Source: the human T2T-CHM13v2.0 reference genome, Homo sapiens
Assembly: GCF_009914755.1 (NCBI RefSeq)
Contig: NC_060927.1
Reading direction: 5' to 3' (one strand)
DNA length: 64,000 nt
The position numbers and the translations under genes were made by a program. Shown piece by piece: positions 1 through 13,248 of this stretch (position 1 is the stretch's first letter; each line of letters begins with the position of its first letter). The notes beneath the pieces were generated by a model that had not been told where the DNA came from, made no database searches, and saw only the letters and a program-made list of their open reading frames with translations.

Positions 1-230
1 ACCATCTAGTTGTTGACTTTGTGGAAACCATATTTCATTTATCAGCTGAAAAAAAGAATTATTAACATTAAAGTAAAAATGGACTCTTTTAAAAAAAGAT
101 AACAGATTCCCCTTCCTTTTCTCTCTCTCCAATCTTTCTGAATTACTTTGTTTTTATCTTTTCCTGTTTGGGTCTTTGATATTTACATAGCCTTTTAAAA
201 TTGATTGATCCTTCCTTACCTTTAGAAGTA

Positions 231-251
231 GAGAGAGAGAGAGAGAGAGAG

Positions 252-297
<46 letters not shown>
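231..297. repeat. Compound microsatellite (GA)n(GT)n
   Basis: About 12 GA units directly followed by about 21 GT units. Confidence 0.97.
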
Positions 298-300
<3 letters not shown>

Positions 301-969
301 CCCCTTTAATTTTCTTGCCTATTCTATGTTCTGTTCCTGAATTTGAAATGGCAAGCCAGACAGGGGCAATTTGTGAATCAGCCCAGAGGAAGAATATTTC
401 CTGCTGATATGATCACATCTAGTTGTTGTTACTCTCCATTCCTAAAACCAGAAAAGAACAGATAACAAGACAAGAAAATGGAGGCACTCATACACCATTT
501 TGTAAAAGTCAGTAGACTTGAGAAGATCTACTCACCTCCCTGTGAAGAGCAATTATAAGAGGAAGAGTAGAAAAAAAAAGACTATCATCTATATCTGAAA
601 ATATTACATTTTAAATATCATTAAGTTAAAAACATATTTCTTTATTTAGAAAAAGTTGGACTTAGAAATAACCAGTGCATATCCAAAGCTCACCTTCTTC
701 ACTCAGGGGATGGCTGGGGCTCTTCAGACATTCACCTTCAGATCACAGGTTCAAGCCAGTGCAGGTTTTTAGTGACAGTAAGGCTGAGGCTCTTCAAGGA
801 CTATTTGAAACAGACCTCAGTTCACAGCAGAGCACTTAAGAGTTCACCTATAAATCACTAATTGGCAGCCTCAATAAAGTGAAGCCAAGCATGAAATAGC
901 TAGAGATTAAACTATTACTCCGGCCCATCTTCCCTAAAGAAGTCCAGCACAGGAAGCAGTAAAGGAAGG

Positions 970-1960
970 AAAGGCACTTTGGATTTTATCATGAAAACAA
1001 TGGACAGCCATGGAAGGATTTTAAGCAAGGGAACAGCATGATTACGTTTGCATTTCTGAAAGATCACTCTAGGGATGATTTACACTGTGAGTGCAAAACA
1101 AGGAACAAGACTGGAAACAGAGACAGTTTTATGTTTTCAGTAACTAAAGCTAGAAAAGATCAGGGCTTGACTTCTGAAATGGGAATGAGGTTGGGGGTCA
1201 GAAGATAAGAGAATTTTATTATTATTATCATTTCCTAATAATAAGTAATAATAACATTTATTATTAGGAAAACCAATGCATCTTAGTCACTGTTTGAATA
1301 TGGAGGGAGGGAGGAGAAAAAGAATCAAAGATGTTTGTCAAGTTTCTTTCTTATACAAGCTGGCTGATGGTATTACCCCAGAGAGAGGGAGAGGGACAAG
1401 TTTTTGGAATAGAAATGAGACCATTTGAACATGCTGAGTTGCAGATGCCTGTGGGACATCTAGACAGTTATATTTATAGGTTGAACCTCAGGTAAAAAGA
1501 TCTGGACTAGAGATGTAGATTTGAAGATCATCAGCATATAGATTATAGCTGAAGCTTTAACTGTAGTTAAGATAGCCCACAGAGAGTATAAAGAATGCAT
1601 ATAAATAGTGGAAAGGATGAAACCCTCTAATTTAAGACATGAACTGAACAAAAAGTACCCAAAGGAAACTGAAAAAGAGAAGCCAGACAAGTAATCAGGA
1701 AAAGAGGGAAGAGCAGTATCATAGAAGCCAAAAGAGGAGAGAGTTTCAAGGAGTATAATGTCCAAGCCTTCACAAAATTGCAGTAAAATAAAACATGAAA
1801 TGTCTCCACTGGATTCAGCAAGGAGACATTCAGGTGTGCATACACAACCTTTGGTACAGCATTTTCAATACAGTTGCATAAGACAGATTACAATAGAGGA
1901 AGAGTGAATATAAGCTCAGAGAAAGGAGCAATACATAATACCAATTTTTTTTTTTTCAAG
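970..1960 (-). mobile_element. Degenerate L2 LINE fragment
   Basis: Typical antisense L2 text (ggaaggattttaagcaaggga...gaaagatcactct; gttgcagatgcctgtgggacatc); boundaries approximate. Confidence 0.7.
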
Positions 1961-3270
1961 AAACCTGTCTCTGATGAGAAAGAAAAGTAGTTAGAGGAAA
2001 TGTTTCTTGGTTTTTGTTTTTATATGAGTTATTGAGGTGACTTGGTCATGCTGTAGTATTGAGGAGAAAGAGCTAGTAGTGAGTCTGCATTAATGGAAGA
2101 GGATACTGGCATCTATAAACTGAAATCCTTTAATCTGGGCCCCTTGTTGTGGTATAGAGTTAACAGAATCCACAATCAGTGCCCATCAACAAAGCTGTCT
2201 GACTGTGCTATAGCTATAGAAGCAGGATGTAAAAACCTTCTTTTTGAAGAAAAGCAGATAAAACAATTTCCTCTCTGCTTTTTCAAGATTATGAATGATC
2301 ATCATATTTGGAAAATATTGATGAAGAATGTAAGATGAGAAAGTGTCAAAAAGTAACAGGGATCCAGAGGTCAAGTCAAGATGAGAGGGTGTATCTGAGG
2401 GCCAGAGATCTGTGATTTAGTGGGCTGTTCAGCAATCCAGCAGAAGAGCCCCATGAGTGGCAAGCTCTGAGACAGCACTGCAGCACGCAGGCCAAAAGTT
2501 GGGTGCTTTATATAAACTTGGCATCTTGATTCAATTCTAAAGTCTGATCTCTGGGAAACCAAATCGAAGTTTTTGTGACTGATTTGCTATCCTCATTTCT
2601 GACAAAGACATATGTGATACTGCTTTTGCCATTAATATACTTTTGTTTGAGAAACAAAAAGAATCAGTGTTCTAAGGTTCACATGCCTGAACCTTTATCA
2701 GCGTTCTCATTTTCACAGCAGCCTGGATGGGTTCTCCTGCTCCACCCTCTTACTTGCAATACCACCCACCCACTCTGTTCCTGATTCCAGAGAACTGAGA
2801 CTGTTTAGGGAGAAGAGACACAGTAGATTAAAGGATAGCAATATTACCTAAAGAATGCCTGTTTTATGCTCATAAAACTGTGACACTGCTTCTCTATCTC
2901 CCAAATTGCAGAGCCCAGTTGTCTGCCCCAGAGTGATGCTGGATTAAGGAAACATGACATATGTAGAATTTCCATCTTTTCTCCTGTATCTCTCAAACCT
3001 GAAAAGGAGTCCAGGTGTATAATCCACTGCAACTCTTCTTAAATTCTCCTGCACTTTCCTTTTGTGTAGCATCCCCAACCCCCAGATTTCTCTCACACTT
3101 ATATGCTGATATTACTCTCTCATCTGCTAGGTCCCCATGGTTTTTATTCCATTCTAATTGCTTTTTTCTCAAGACTCACCTGAGAAGCTGTTATCCTTTC
3201 TCTTGACAGAGTAGTAAGGGGAAGAAATTAAAGTGACAAAGGGATGAGGAAGGCCATGAAATCCACAGTT

Positions 3271-3330
3271 TAATAATTTTATACTAACATATTGAAAATG
3301 TAATAATTTTATACTAACATATTGGAAATT
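3271..3330. repeat. 30-bp tandem duplication
   Basis: taataattttatactaacatattgaaaatg followed by taataattttatactaacatattggaaatt. Confidence 0.9.
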
Positions 3331-4853
3331 TCATAAACCTATATCTGCAATTGTTCCTCTCAAAGGTCAGAGTACCTAAATTGAAAACATGTTGGTCATA
3401 GAAGGCTTTCATTATTTGGTGCAGCAAATATTCTTGTGCCTGACACACTCCCATGGGAATATTCAGAGCTCTGTGCAGTTCCCAACATGCTTGCTTTCTC
3501 TCCTACTCAAGAAAGTGTAGATATACCATATAAGTGAATGTGGCAGTATTATAAGTATAACCCTAAATCCAACTAACAGTAAAAAACTAATTTGCAGAAC
3601 CACTGTATTAATATAGGCAGTTATCCTTTCATAAATGTGAATTTCAAACTACCCTCACATTCATTCACTTTACAATAATGCCTTATAACTGCCTTTCAAA
3701 TAATTATTTGTAGCTGTCATGTCATGCACAGCCCTTGGGAGAAAGGACCCAGCTTAAGGCCAAGGTTGTGTGTAGAACAGCATCTGGAGCAGTGCCTGGC
3801 CATGCACTTTAAAACACCTTTTTCTCCCTCTCCACTAACCCTCAGGACTAGCCTTGTAGCTGCTCCCAACCCCAAGTATTTTCCCACTTTGTAGCTTGAT
3901 AGCTACATGGTGACCCTTCACCCAGTCCTACCTCCCCCACCCTCACCCACATTGTCCTACACATTTATTCTGCATTGTCTTCAACCCTCGCCCCTGATTA
4001 CTCCACACATGGAAGTCTACTGAGTGCACCAGGCTGTAGTCAGCTGGTCAGTATCCTTTAGGACAGAGTTTCAATGTAATGGGAAAATAATGCTTTCTTC
4101 TAATCCCTGCTCCAGGTCCCCAGCATGTCACTGACAAAGAACTTGACACATTAGGGGCTTCTTGACTATCAGCTCAAATGTGGCATCCCAGGATGGGCAG
4201 CAGTTGTCCAGATGTTGGCTACCTCAGAAATAATGCTTTGCCTAGGCCAAGACACCTTATGTACTGTATATTGTTACTACCCACTGGGCCATAATTAGGG
4301 ATCTTATAAGACTTTAGCAACTGCAACTACCAGCTTCTGTAGTACATATTAGTCTATCTTGTAACTTTAAAGCACTTAGTTTCCAGTAATATGTGAATCA
4401 TGAAGGTAGGGAAAAGCCCATACCAATACCATTATTTAGAACCTCTTCTTTAAAAAACTGTGAATAATGCTGTAAGACTGAATAGTACTATCTCTCTCCA
4501 TTTAGCTAATTATGCACCAATACTGCTATCTTCTGAATACAATAACTTCCAACATTTTGATATAAAATTTTCTACTTATTTTGAGAAGATTTTGTTCAAT
4601 GCCACATAGGCAATACATAATCAGCATTTGCTAAATTGTTTATCTCTATACACCAAGTCATAGACAACTTTTTTTTTTTGATTCTTGTTGCTAGCACTTT
4701 TAAATATGCTTTTCATGACAGAGAAATAACTGGCTGGCCAAAACCAATGTTGAAATTGAATAATAAGCAAACTTTTGTGGAAGGAAGACAGAATATGAAA
4801 GATGGATCAGGAGATTTGAAACTTCTATTTGCCCATTAGAAAAATCTAAATTC

Positions 4854-5160
4854 AGCCAGGCTCAGTGGCTCACACCTGTAATCCTGACCCTTTGAGAGGC
4901 CAAGGTGGCAGGATCACTTGAAGCCAGGAGTTCACCAGCCTGAGCAACAAAGTGAGACCCCATCTCTACAAAAAATTAAAAACTAAAATTAGCCAGGCAT
5001 GGTGGCACATGCCTGTGGTCCCAGCTACTCGAGAGAGCAAGGTGGGAGGATCACTTGAGCCCAGGACTTCAAGTCTGCTGTGCACTATGATCATGACACT
5101 ACACTCCAGCCTGGGCAACAGAGTGAGACTCCGTATCTAAAAAAAAGAGAAAAGAAAAAT
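4854..5160 (+). mobile_element. Alu, old J-type
   Basis: Dimeric Alu with A-rich linker, ggatcacttgagcccagga and tatgatcatg J-like diagnostics, A tail. Confidence 0.92.
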
Positions 5161-5254
5161 AGAAAATTCCCATAAACTGCTGGCACAAGATCTTTATAAT
5201 ATAATGTCAATATCCATATTAATACTGATACAAACTCTTAATATATATTATCAA

Positions 5255-5475
5255 CAATAACTATGACTGCCATTTGTTGAGAGCCTACTATGTGCCAGTT
5301 GTGGTACTAGGGGCTTTTATTGGTTATGTCACTTAATCCTCACTGTTATTATTCCCATCCCTTAGACACGGAAACAGAGACATAAAGAGGCTAACTTTCC
5401 CAAGAGTACACAGCAATAATGAGTAGATCAGGAATTTGAAGGCCACTGACTCCAAGTCCTTGCTCTTTCCAGTAT
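5255..5475 (-). mobile_element. MIR SINE
   Basis: catttgttgagagcctactatgtgccag ... gaaacagag ... tgactccaagtcc MIR core. Confidence 0.75.
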
Positions 5476-8400
5476 ACAACATAGAATCACACAGAAAGGC
5501 AAGATGTTTGCTAGTACAACACTGCTTCAAAAATATGATTCTAAGAAAAGGGGGTACATTTTCACATTTCCAGATAGATTTTATCTGGACTAGTCAAACT
5601 TCATAGATGGAGTCTATTAAAATTCAAAAAACAATTCTTACTGGAGAGCAGCCTGTTATTTTATGTCCCAGTAGGCAAATACTAGAATGTAGAGAATATG
5701 ACCTTAGTCATGGGAATAAATAGAAAATACATAGTCCATATATCCCCCAAACACCCTCCCACAATGCCCAGCCACTTGAAGAACATTACTTGAAAAAGGA
5801 AAGTAGTAATAGCAACAATATAGAGAAATGAGGAAAATATGGCAGTAACATCACATAATTCCAGAATTACGTCCTCAGGCATTTCTGTAGATTGAATTTT
5901 TCTGGTGCTGGCATAAATACGTTTTGCTTCTTTTTCTCACTATGGCAGATATTACTAATCATCACAACACTCTCCTGCTGAGTCCAGATTCTGCCTTAGC
6001 ATCCTTCTCATGACAACATTTTGACAACCACTGCCAATGAATTGCAGTTGGCATGTGACATGAGACCTATTTTCTGATCCTGGATTACTTCCTCACAAAA
6101 GCAGGCTTTTCTTAAGGTTCAGGGGTCTATTACTCTGGCCGTAGGAACCATGTGCTGGGTACACTACTGGGAATTATGGGAAATTCTTTATAAGTATTAT
6201 CCCTGCTCTGCATCTGTTCCTCTTAATGTTCAAACATATCTACAACTTTAAATTTTACTTTGAAATTTTAATTTTCATTCCTTCATATTTTTCACTAGTT
6301 ATCAGCCTTATTATGTTTAAATAATCATATCAATAAAAAACAATTGAAGACTTACTGAAAATAAAAGACTGACAAAAGATAATTAATGTCCTTAACACTG
6401 TGGAGTTAGACTGTTTGAAACAAATATATATTACCCACAAGCACAAAATATCTGTATCTATATCTATATAGTATATGTCTACGCATTTGAGGTTTCATAG
6501 CCCTTTGAGTAAAATTACACTTTAAAAATGTTTTAAATATCAAAATTATTTCATTAATTTAATGTGTTCACATTGAATGTTAGGCTTAATTGCAGACAGG
6601 ACTTTTTAAAAATATATGATTATGTAAATTCTTCTTCCAAGGGTATGTACATAGTGTATGCATGACAAAATTATTTCATGGATTAAGTGAATAGTGTGAA
6701 GTGCAGTCCCTGAGTCACGAGATGAGGAACTCATGTAAAAGCAGCCATATTGCATTAAGTCAATGTGCTGTTGTTGCTCTAGGTCTGGTTATAATTGCAG
6801 GTGAACCCTTAACCCTAAGCTACCCAACTCCACCTATCACTGCCTCTTTCTCCACTCTGAAACCTATAAAGACAGAATAAACATTTTCGCAATACAAGGA
6901 ATAATTTGAATAAACAGCATATTATTTAATAAGTTGACCACTATATCAACAGGTACTTACTCTTCTAGGTTCTTTATTTATTGGAATTAAATGAAAATAT
7001 TCATCATGAATCAGCCATCATGTTATGGACCAAACTGTTCTGTAGATAATTTAATATTCAAGTCTGAGTCATCACGTATTTAATGAACTCCTATAATGTT
7101 TTCAGCATTATGTGAGTGCCTACACAAAAACAGAGAGATGTGTTCCTGCCCTCGGGGAGTTTTCACTTATTCTTTTAAAAAAATCTGTCTTATGAATTTT
7201 TCCCAAAGAAGTTATTCAATTGAAACAAAAAGAAACATGCTGTAAGACTACATACTCATGTCTACTAAAAGAATGTTGTTAGCAACCTAAGAGTCTAACT
7301 TTAGAGAATTAACAAATTATTAAGCATCCACATATAGAATAGTATGCACCCATTTGAATATGAAAACTGCTGAAACATGGGATACATTCATGAATATGTG
7401 AAATGAAGGCAATGTAAAATAAAATGGACCCTATCTGTACATTTCTGCTAATCACATATACATGTATTAGCTAGGAAACAAGAAGTTGTGTTAGAGTGCA
7501 AGAGAAGAAAAGCCTTTAAGCATTATGAGGGTGTCATGTTAAAACAGAATCTTAGCTTGCAATAGTGTTTCTCAAAATATAACCTTTCTTGAATCATTTT
7601 AGTATGTCTATTACTATTATATATTTATATGATGAATATAAAACATGGAAAACTTTGAGGATAAAACACTTCTTGCTTTTTAATGGTAGTATTGATATAT
7701 ATTGATGACCTATCTAAGGAATTTCTAAGTTAAAACGCTAGTACTATTGTGAACTCAAAGGGCTCATTAGAGTAAAAACTTCTGGACTCTTACCAGAGCT
7801 ACTCATTTTTAAACATATTTTATTGTATTGAAATTTTATATTTATTACTAAACTGTAACATTACCTGTAATACCTATACTCCAGCCCTTTCTATAATCTA
7901 AATTAACCATAATTTTACCTGAAATATCCTAATTCTAGCCCCATTCTCATTTTTCTGAGGAAAAAGTTGATCCTTGACCTTCTATTCTACAATAAGTATT
8001 TTTTAAAATGTGAGCTGCAGGTTTTGCTGTAAAGATATTTCTCAGGTGGGCAGTACTCACTAATCACCAAATAGCACAAATTTCTACATGCTTAGCAAAT
8101 AGCAGACTAAATTTATCATTGTACATGTTTGATAAGAAAGGGCATTTATTGTTTATTAGGTAATATTCCAGAGAATTCATGTGAGGATAATAGTACCAAG
8201 CCCTCGAAGCCAGAAAATAGCAACATTTTTCAACTTCCTTAGAAGATAAGGTGAAAGAAAAGTTATTGCACAGTGTCTGTGAACAATGAGGGGACCCTGA
8301 CCTTACTAAATCAACTGCCAAGGCAGTCGTATAAAGGCCAAAGAGTAACTAGGTCACTGAAGATGCGTGGAGAGAAAGGGAATTATGGTATTAAAGCATT

Positions 8401-11207
8401 CTGGAAGCAAATAGCAGATGCTTTTCAACAAGGGAAATAGGCTATTTAAGTCATTTAACATACAGAATGTCCTTCCATGACCTTTTATACTAAGGACATA
8501 AAATTAGCAATTTACATTTCCACTCACCAAATATATGAAATTGTGAAATTTCAAGAGTGATTCCAGTGTTATCTCAGGAGAAAGAAGTAGAAGTCATCTG
8601 ACTATGTCGGTGCATCGAGAATGGCATAGGAGTATGAAGGGAAAGTCACTTTAATACATTCTTTTAATTTTCTTCAGTTTTAACGAACTACTTTGACAAG
8701 TATTTAAAAGACAGGAGAGTCACGTTTTGAAATAGGACACTCAATTTTCTAACATGTGGTTTTATTTATGTTAACAAGCAACAAGGATATCCTGGTCATT
8801 TTGATATTTAAACTTGGTTAGTGAAGTATGGTATATCCCCTGAAACTGGTCAAATAATTTAGAAAAATAATGTAGAAGCTATTCTGAATTATCTTACATA
8901 TTTACAATGCACATTAGAGCAGTGAAAACTCTGAGAAATGCTACAACTTAAAAATCTGCTTCACAATTTTTGCCATGAAGACCTTTATTATTTTGTATTT
9001 TACATATGAAATTTTATTTTACAATATTGATTAACATAAACACCTCTAGGAAACTTTGAATAAATACAGCAACAATTCAAGTATTTGTTGGTAGATGCTA
9101 TGATAGCTTTCCAATCTTTGAATATGACTGATCTTTGTTTTAGGTCAAATCATGAATCATTTTGATGTTAATTAAAATGAAACAGCCCACAATCAAAATA
9201 ACGTTGCAATATGTAGTACAGGAAAAAAGAATGCAGCTTAACAGCCTCCAAATAGGAAATGCAATAGAATTGAGTAGTGTTAAAAAGGACAGAAGTCACT
9301 GTATGGATAACCAGACCCAATATTGACTACAGTGTAATCAATCACAAGGTATATGCATTTAATTTATGTTAATTCCAATCATATATAAAGAATACAACCC
9401 CACCCTGTAATCTCTCTTCACCCCACCTCCACCTTCAGCTAGACCTCAGTTTAGAAAAAGGTAGGTCAATGTAGTAATAAAAGGAAAACCAAATAAATGA
9501 ATTCTAGGCCTTCCAAGGGCACCTTTCAGAATCTTCAGGAGTTGTACCATATACAACTTGTGCTCCTAAAAGACTCGGGTCCTGGTGACTTTAGGGTGAC
9601 TTAAAGGATTTTTAAGGGTAATTTTGATGGTTAGGGAATTTCAGTTTTTACCTTAAGTATTAACCTTAGGACCTAATTCCCATATTATTAGTAGAACAAT
9701 ACCAGGGTTATATAGCATGTATATGCCCTTCTGCTTCACAGTAGGGGAATTCTTACTTCACATGGTGTAATCATTTGTGCTCGTAGCTTATCAATTGCTA
9801 GTTAAAGCTGAAGTAGTTCAAATGTGAATGGTAAAAACACTTTGATAAAACAGTCGAAATATGAACATTAAAATCTATGGCTCTAATTGTCTTTGTAGAT
9901 TCTTTCATTCTTTAACTTTATAAAACTTAAAAAACAAAGTAAATGAAAGTTGAACTAACTTCAATATTCCAATAAAAATAACTCAGTGATTCACTTCTAA
10001 TAAGGAAGTTTTTCATTACTTACAACATATCGATTTCACTCAAACACTAAATTTTTTTTAAAGATTGTTACTGCTTTACTAGTTAATATAAATTACAGAT
10101 CTAAAAATTCTTTAAATGATATATTTATTACCATAGAGCTTTTGTGACACATTTATTACTATAAAAGCACTTTTACCACCAAGTATTTTTTAAAACATGC
10201 AAAATATTTTAATGTGTATTTTTATGTAAGTATGTAAAGAAACTAATACAATTTATTGTCAGAATGGCTTAAATACACAATTCTGAGTTACTTTTACCAG
10301 AATTTATAAGATTAATTCTGTTTTTATTCTCTCTGACTTAAGCTATTATATATAACTATTTCATATATATTGCATATAAATATGTGTATGTAATGTATAT
10401 ATAAGCACATGTATACCCTAGCCTTTCCAAAGTAATACTTTTATACTTCCCCTTGCATCAGATCTGAGAAACAAAAATAAAGATTGCTATATCATTGCCT
10501 TTAAGATCCATTTTCTTGTTAACCCAACCTAACATTGATTTTGTGTTGTTTTGTGCCTTATTAATATCTGTGCTTTGGGGACATTACCCTAGCTTGTATG
10601 TGTGTAAATCTTATTCATGCAACTGAACTCTGTGACAATAAAAATTACATTTTAAGAAATGATAAATTATTATTGAATGTTTGAGAACAGACAAATGGAA
10701 GTTTGATCAATGAATTCACCATAAGAAGGAGAAGAACTATCACAGCAAATGTAGAAAAGGACATGGATTCAGGGGTAGGTCAGACAGGGGAAGAATGAAC
10801 ATCCTGTGGCTACTCTCCTTGTGGGGATAAGGGATGGGCTATTCCTTAAGTTTCAAAACAAAATTTTATGCAAGAGAAAAAAGTATAAGAAGAAGGGGGA
10901 TAGCAAGATGTGAGTTCTCTCAACATCCATCATAAAGAAATTAAAAAGAAAAAAAAGATCAATGTAAGTCCCAGTCATAGCAAAAAGCACAAAAAGACAA
11001 AAGTGTTCCACCAGATAAGTCACTGATTTGATAAATAATTTTTTAAAGTGACTGATTTGAATAAGATAGAAAATCAGAGGCTTTCAAATGGAGAATAAAA
11101 ACATTAGATGTAAGAATATTGTAAAAGTAAAAATAAAGTTCCGTGATTTGTGCTTTATTTGGCTTTTAAATGCTCTCCATGTTTTGTTTTGTTTTGTTTT
11201 CTTACAG

Positions 11208-11357
11208 AATGCCAGAGTCCCCTGGTGAAGTTCCGGAATATCCTTTGTTTGTCACAGTTGGTGACTGGCTAGATTCTATAAAGATGGGGCAATACAAGAA
11301 TAACTTCGTGGCAGCAGGGTTTACAACATTTGACCTGATTTCAAGAATGAGCATTGA
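11208..11357 (+). CDS. EPHA6: EPHA6 penultimate coding exon (linker and SAM domain N-half)
   Basis: ttttcttacag|A acceptor and GA|gtaagt donor; 150 nt; encodes MPESPGEVPEYPLFVTVGDWLDSIKMGQYKNNFVAAGFTTFDLISRMSI, an Eph SAM signature (V.DWL..IKM..Y...F...G). Confidence 0.95.
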
Positions 11358-12302
11358 GTAAGTGATACTAGGTTTATTACTGTAACGAGATGTCCTGCTG
11401 GGGATTATAAGTTCAAATGCTGTATCAAGAACACCTTTCCTTAGGCTAGTGGGTAATTTCCAAGTCTTTGCTCACCATTTCTGACTATCATTCTAGTGGA
11501 AGTTGGACATTACACTTTTAGCTATTATTCTTTGAAAGAATATATTTAATTCAAATAGCTATTTAAAATATTTTAAATGTTTTCTAAAATGCATGTTACT
11601 CTCATCCAAATCATAGACTTTATGTCAACTTAATTTTACCTTGGCAAATTATTACTCACATATATTAATATTGCATAATCAGTTTCTATTACCTTCATCA
11701 AATAATGCAATATTATCATGTCATTTTCAGAGCTCCTTCTAGATATTATAATGGTCAACCATTTTCCACTATTCTCAAAGATTGTCTTTTGCCTACATGC
11801 AATGAAAATATTTAACATGTGCTTAAAAGACTAAATGGTTAGTTTGAATCATATTAAATTGCCATTGTTTTAAGACAGTAATGGCAATTTCATACAGTAC
11901 AACCTAAGGGCATTTTTTCTAGATATCAAAAATCCATGAGAAATCAAACGGAGTTCATATTATACCTTCCATCCTACATAATCACCATTTTGCTAATACT
12001 GTTGCAAATGTATATCATTACCTAAATTATATAGCATTTACGCCTATGAAATATCTGAGTATTACATAAGTACCTGTGTATAAAATTGAAATATATATAT
12101 TATTACATCTGAGATTAACTTTATGTATTCTGTGGATCCAGAGAAAAGGAAAAAAAGAAACAAACTTTTGCTGCTCATTTAAATCTCTGTTTAACAAGTA
12201 AGCTACACTATTTTTGGTAACTGTGGCAGAGTGCTTATTTAATATATTTAAATATTCACTTTATCTTGCATGCTTATTAGATCTGAATGTTCATATTCTG
12301 TA

Positions 12303-12369
12303 TCTCTCTCTCTCTCTCTCTCTTTCTTGCTCTCACTCTCGCTCTCACTCTTGCTCTCTCCTTTCTTTC
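12303..12369 (+). repeat. (CT)n-rich microsatellite forming the polypyrimidine tract of the last EPHA6 intron
   Basis: tctctctctc...gctctcactctcgctctcactc; no AG between 12281 and 12369. Confidence 0.9.
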
Positions 12370-12371
12370 AG

Positions 12372-12486
12372 TGACATTAGAAGAATTGGAGTCATACTTA
12401 TTGGACACCAGAGACGAATAGTCAGCAGCATACAGACTTTACGTTTACACATGATGCACATACAGGAGAAGGGATTTCATGTATGA
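12372..12486 (+). CDS. EPHA6: EPHA6 last coding exon (SAM C-half and PDZ-binding motif GFHV)
   Basis: Long CT tract then ttcag| acceptor; phase joins GA+T=Asp; DDIRRIGVILIGHQRRIVSSIQTLRLHMMHIQEKGFHV-TGA. Confidence 0.95.
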
Positions 12487-13220
12487 AAGTACCACAAGCA
12501 CCTGTGTTTTGTGCCTCAGCATTTCTAAAATGAACGATATCCTCTCTACTACTCTCTCTTCTGATTCTCCAAACATCACTTCACAAACTGCAGTCTTCTG
12601 TTCAGACTATAGGCACACACCTTATGTTTATGCTTCCAACCAGGATTTTAAAATCATGCTACATAAATCCGTTCTGAATAACCTGCAACTAAAACCCTGG
12701 CCCACTGCAGATTATTGCTACGCAATGGTAAATAACTCAGCATGGATGTGTAATTTTGTATAAGCCGTATATGGGAAGTGTTCACGGACTTAACCTAAAA
12801 AAATTTATCCAGGTGGGGCTTCCTTAGTGATGTATGTAGAGTGTGATGGTAGATGAGAAAGAACTAGTTGACCTTTCTTTCATGTTTTGTGATCAAGTAG
12901 CTTCCAAACTGACAGAAATGTTTCATTTTTAGATAATTATATTCAGCTCTATTGGTTGTATTATTACTTTATTTTTTAATACTTTAACTGTTGGTGCCTG
13001 ATATTGTTAGAATTATTTGCAGAAATGACCAGTGATATCATGTAATGAATTTTTGTGAGGTATGACTATGGTGAGAAGGGGGTTATTAGGGAGGGAGAAA
13101 AAAATACTGTGTTTATAAATCTTCTGAGGCTGGGTTTGTCAATTTTTTAAAAATTAACTTTATAATGTCATACATATTTCATAGTAGGTGGTAGTTTAAA
13201 GGCTTTTCACCTCTAATTTT

Positions 13221-13248
13221 ATTTATTTATTTATTTATTTTTACTAAC
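13221..13248 (+). promoter_or_regulatory. AU-rich element (overlapping AUUUA x4) next to UACUAAC (QKI-type motif)
   Basis: atttatttatttatttattt at 13221-13240; tactaac at 13242-13248. Confidence 0.5.

Noticed and set aside
201-407. 68-aa ORF with ER and VC repeats
   Set aside because: Translation of the (GA)n(GT)n microsatellite; non-ATG start
1-11207. Further EPHA6 kinase-domain exons
   Set aside because: No kinase motifs in any listed ORF; region looks intronic
12479-12763. 94-aa ORF whose ATG overlaps the EPHA6 stop region
   Set aside because: Poor Kozak context, no recognisable protein features; stop-start reinitiation is unsupported without ribosome profiling
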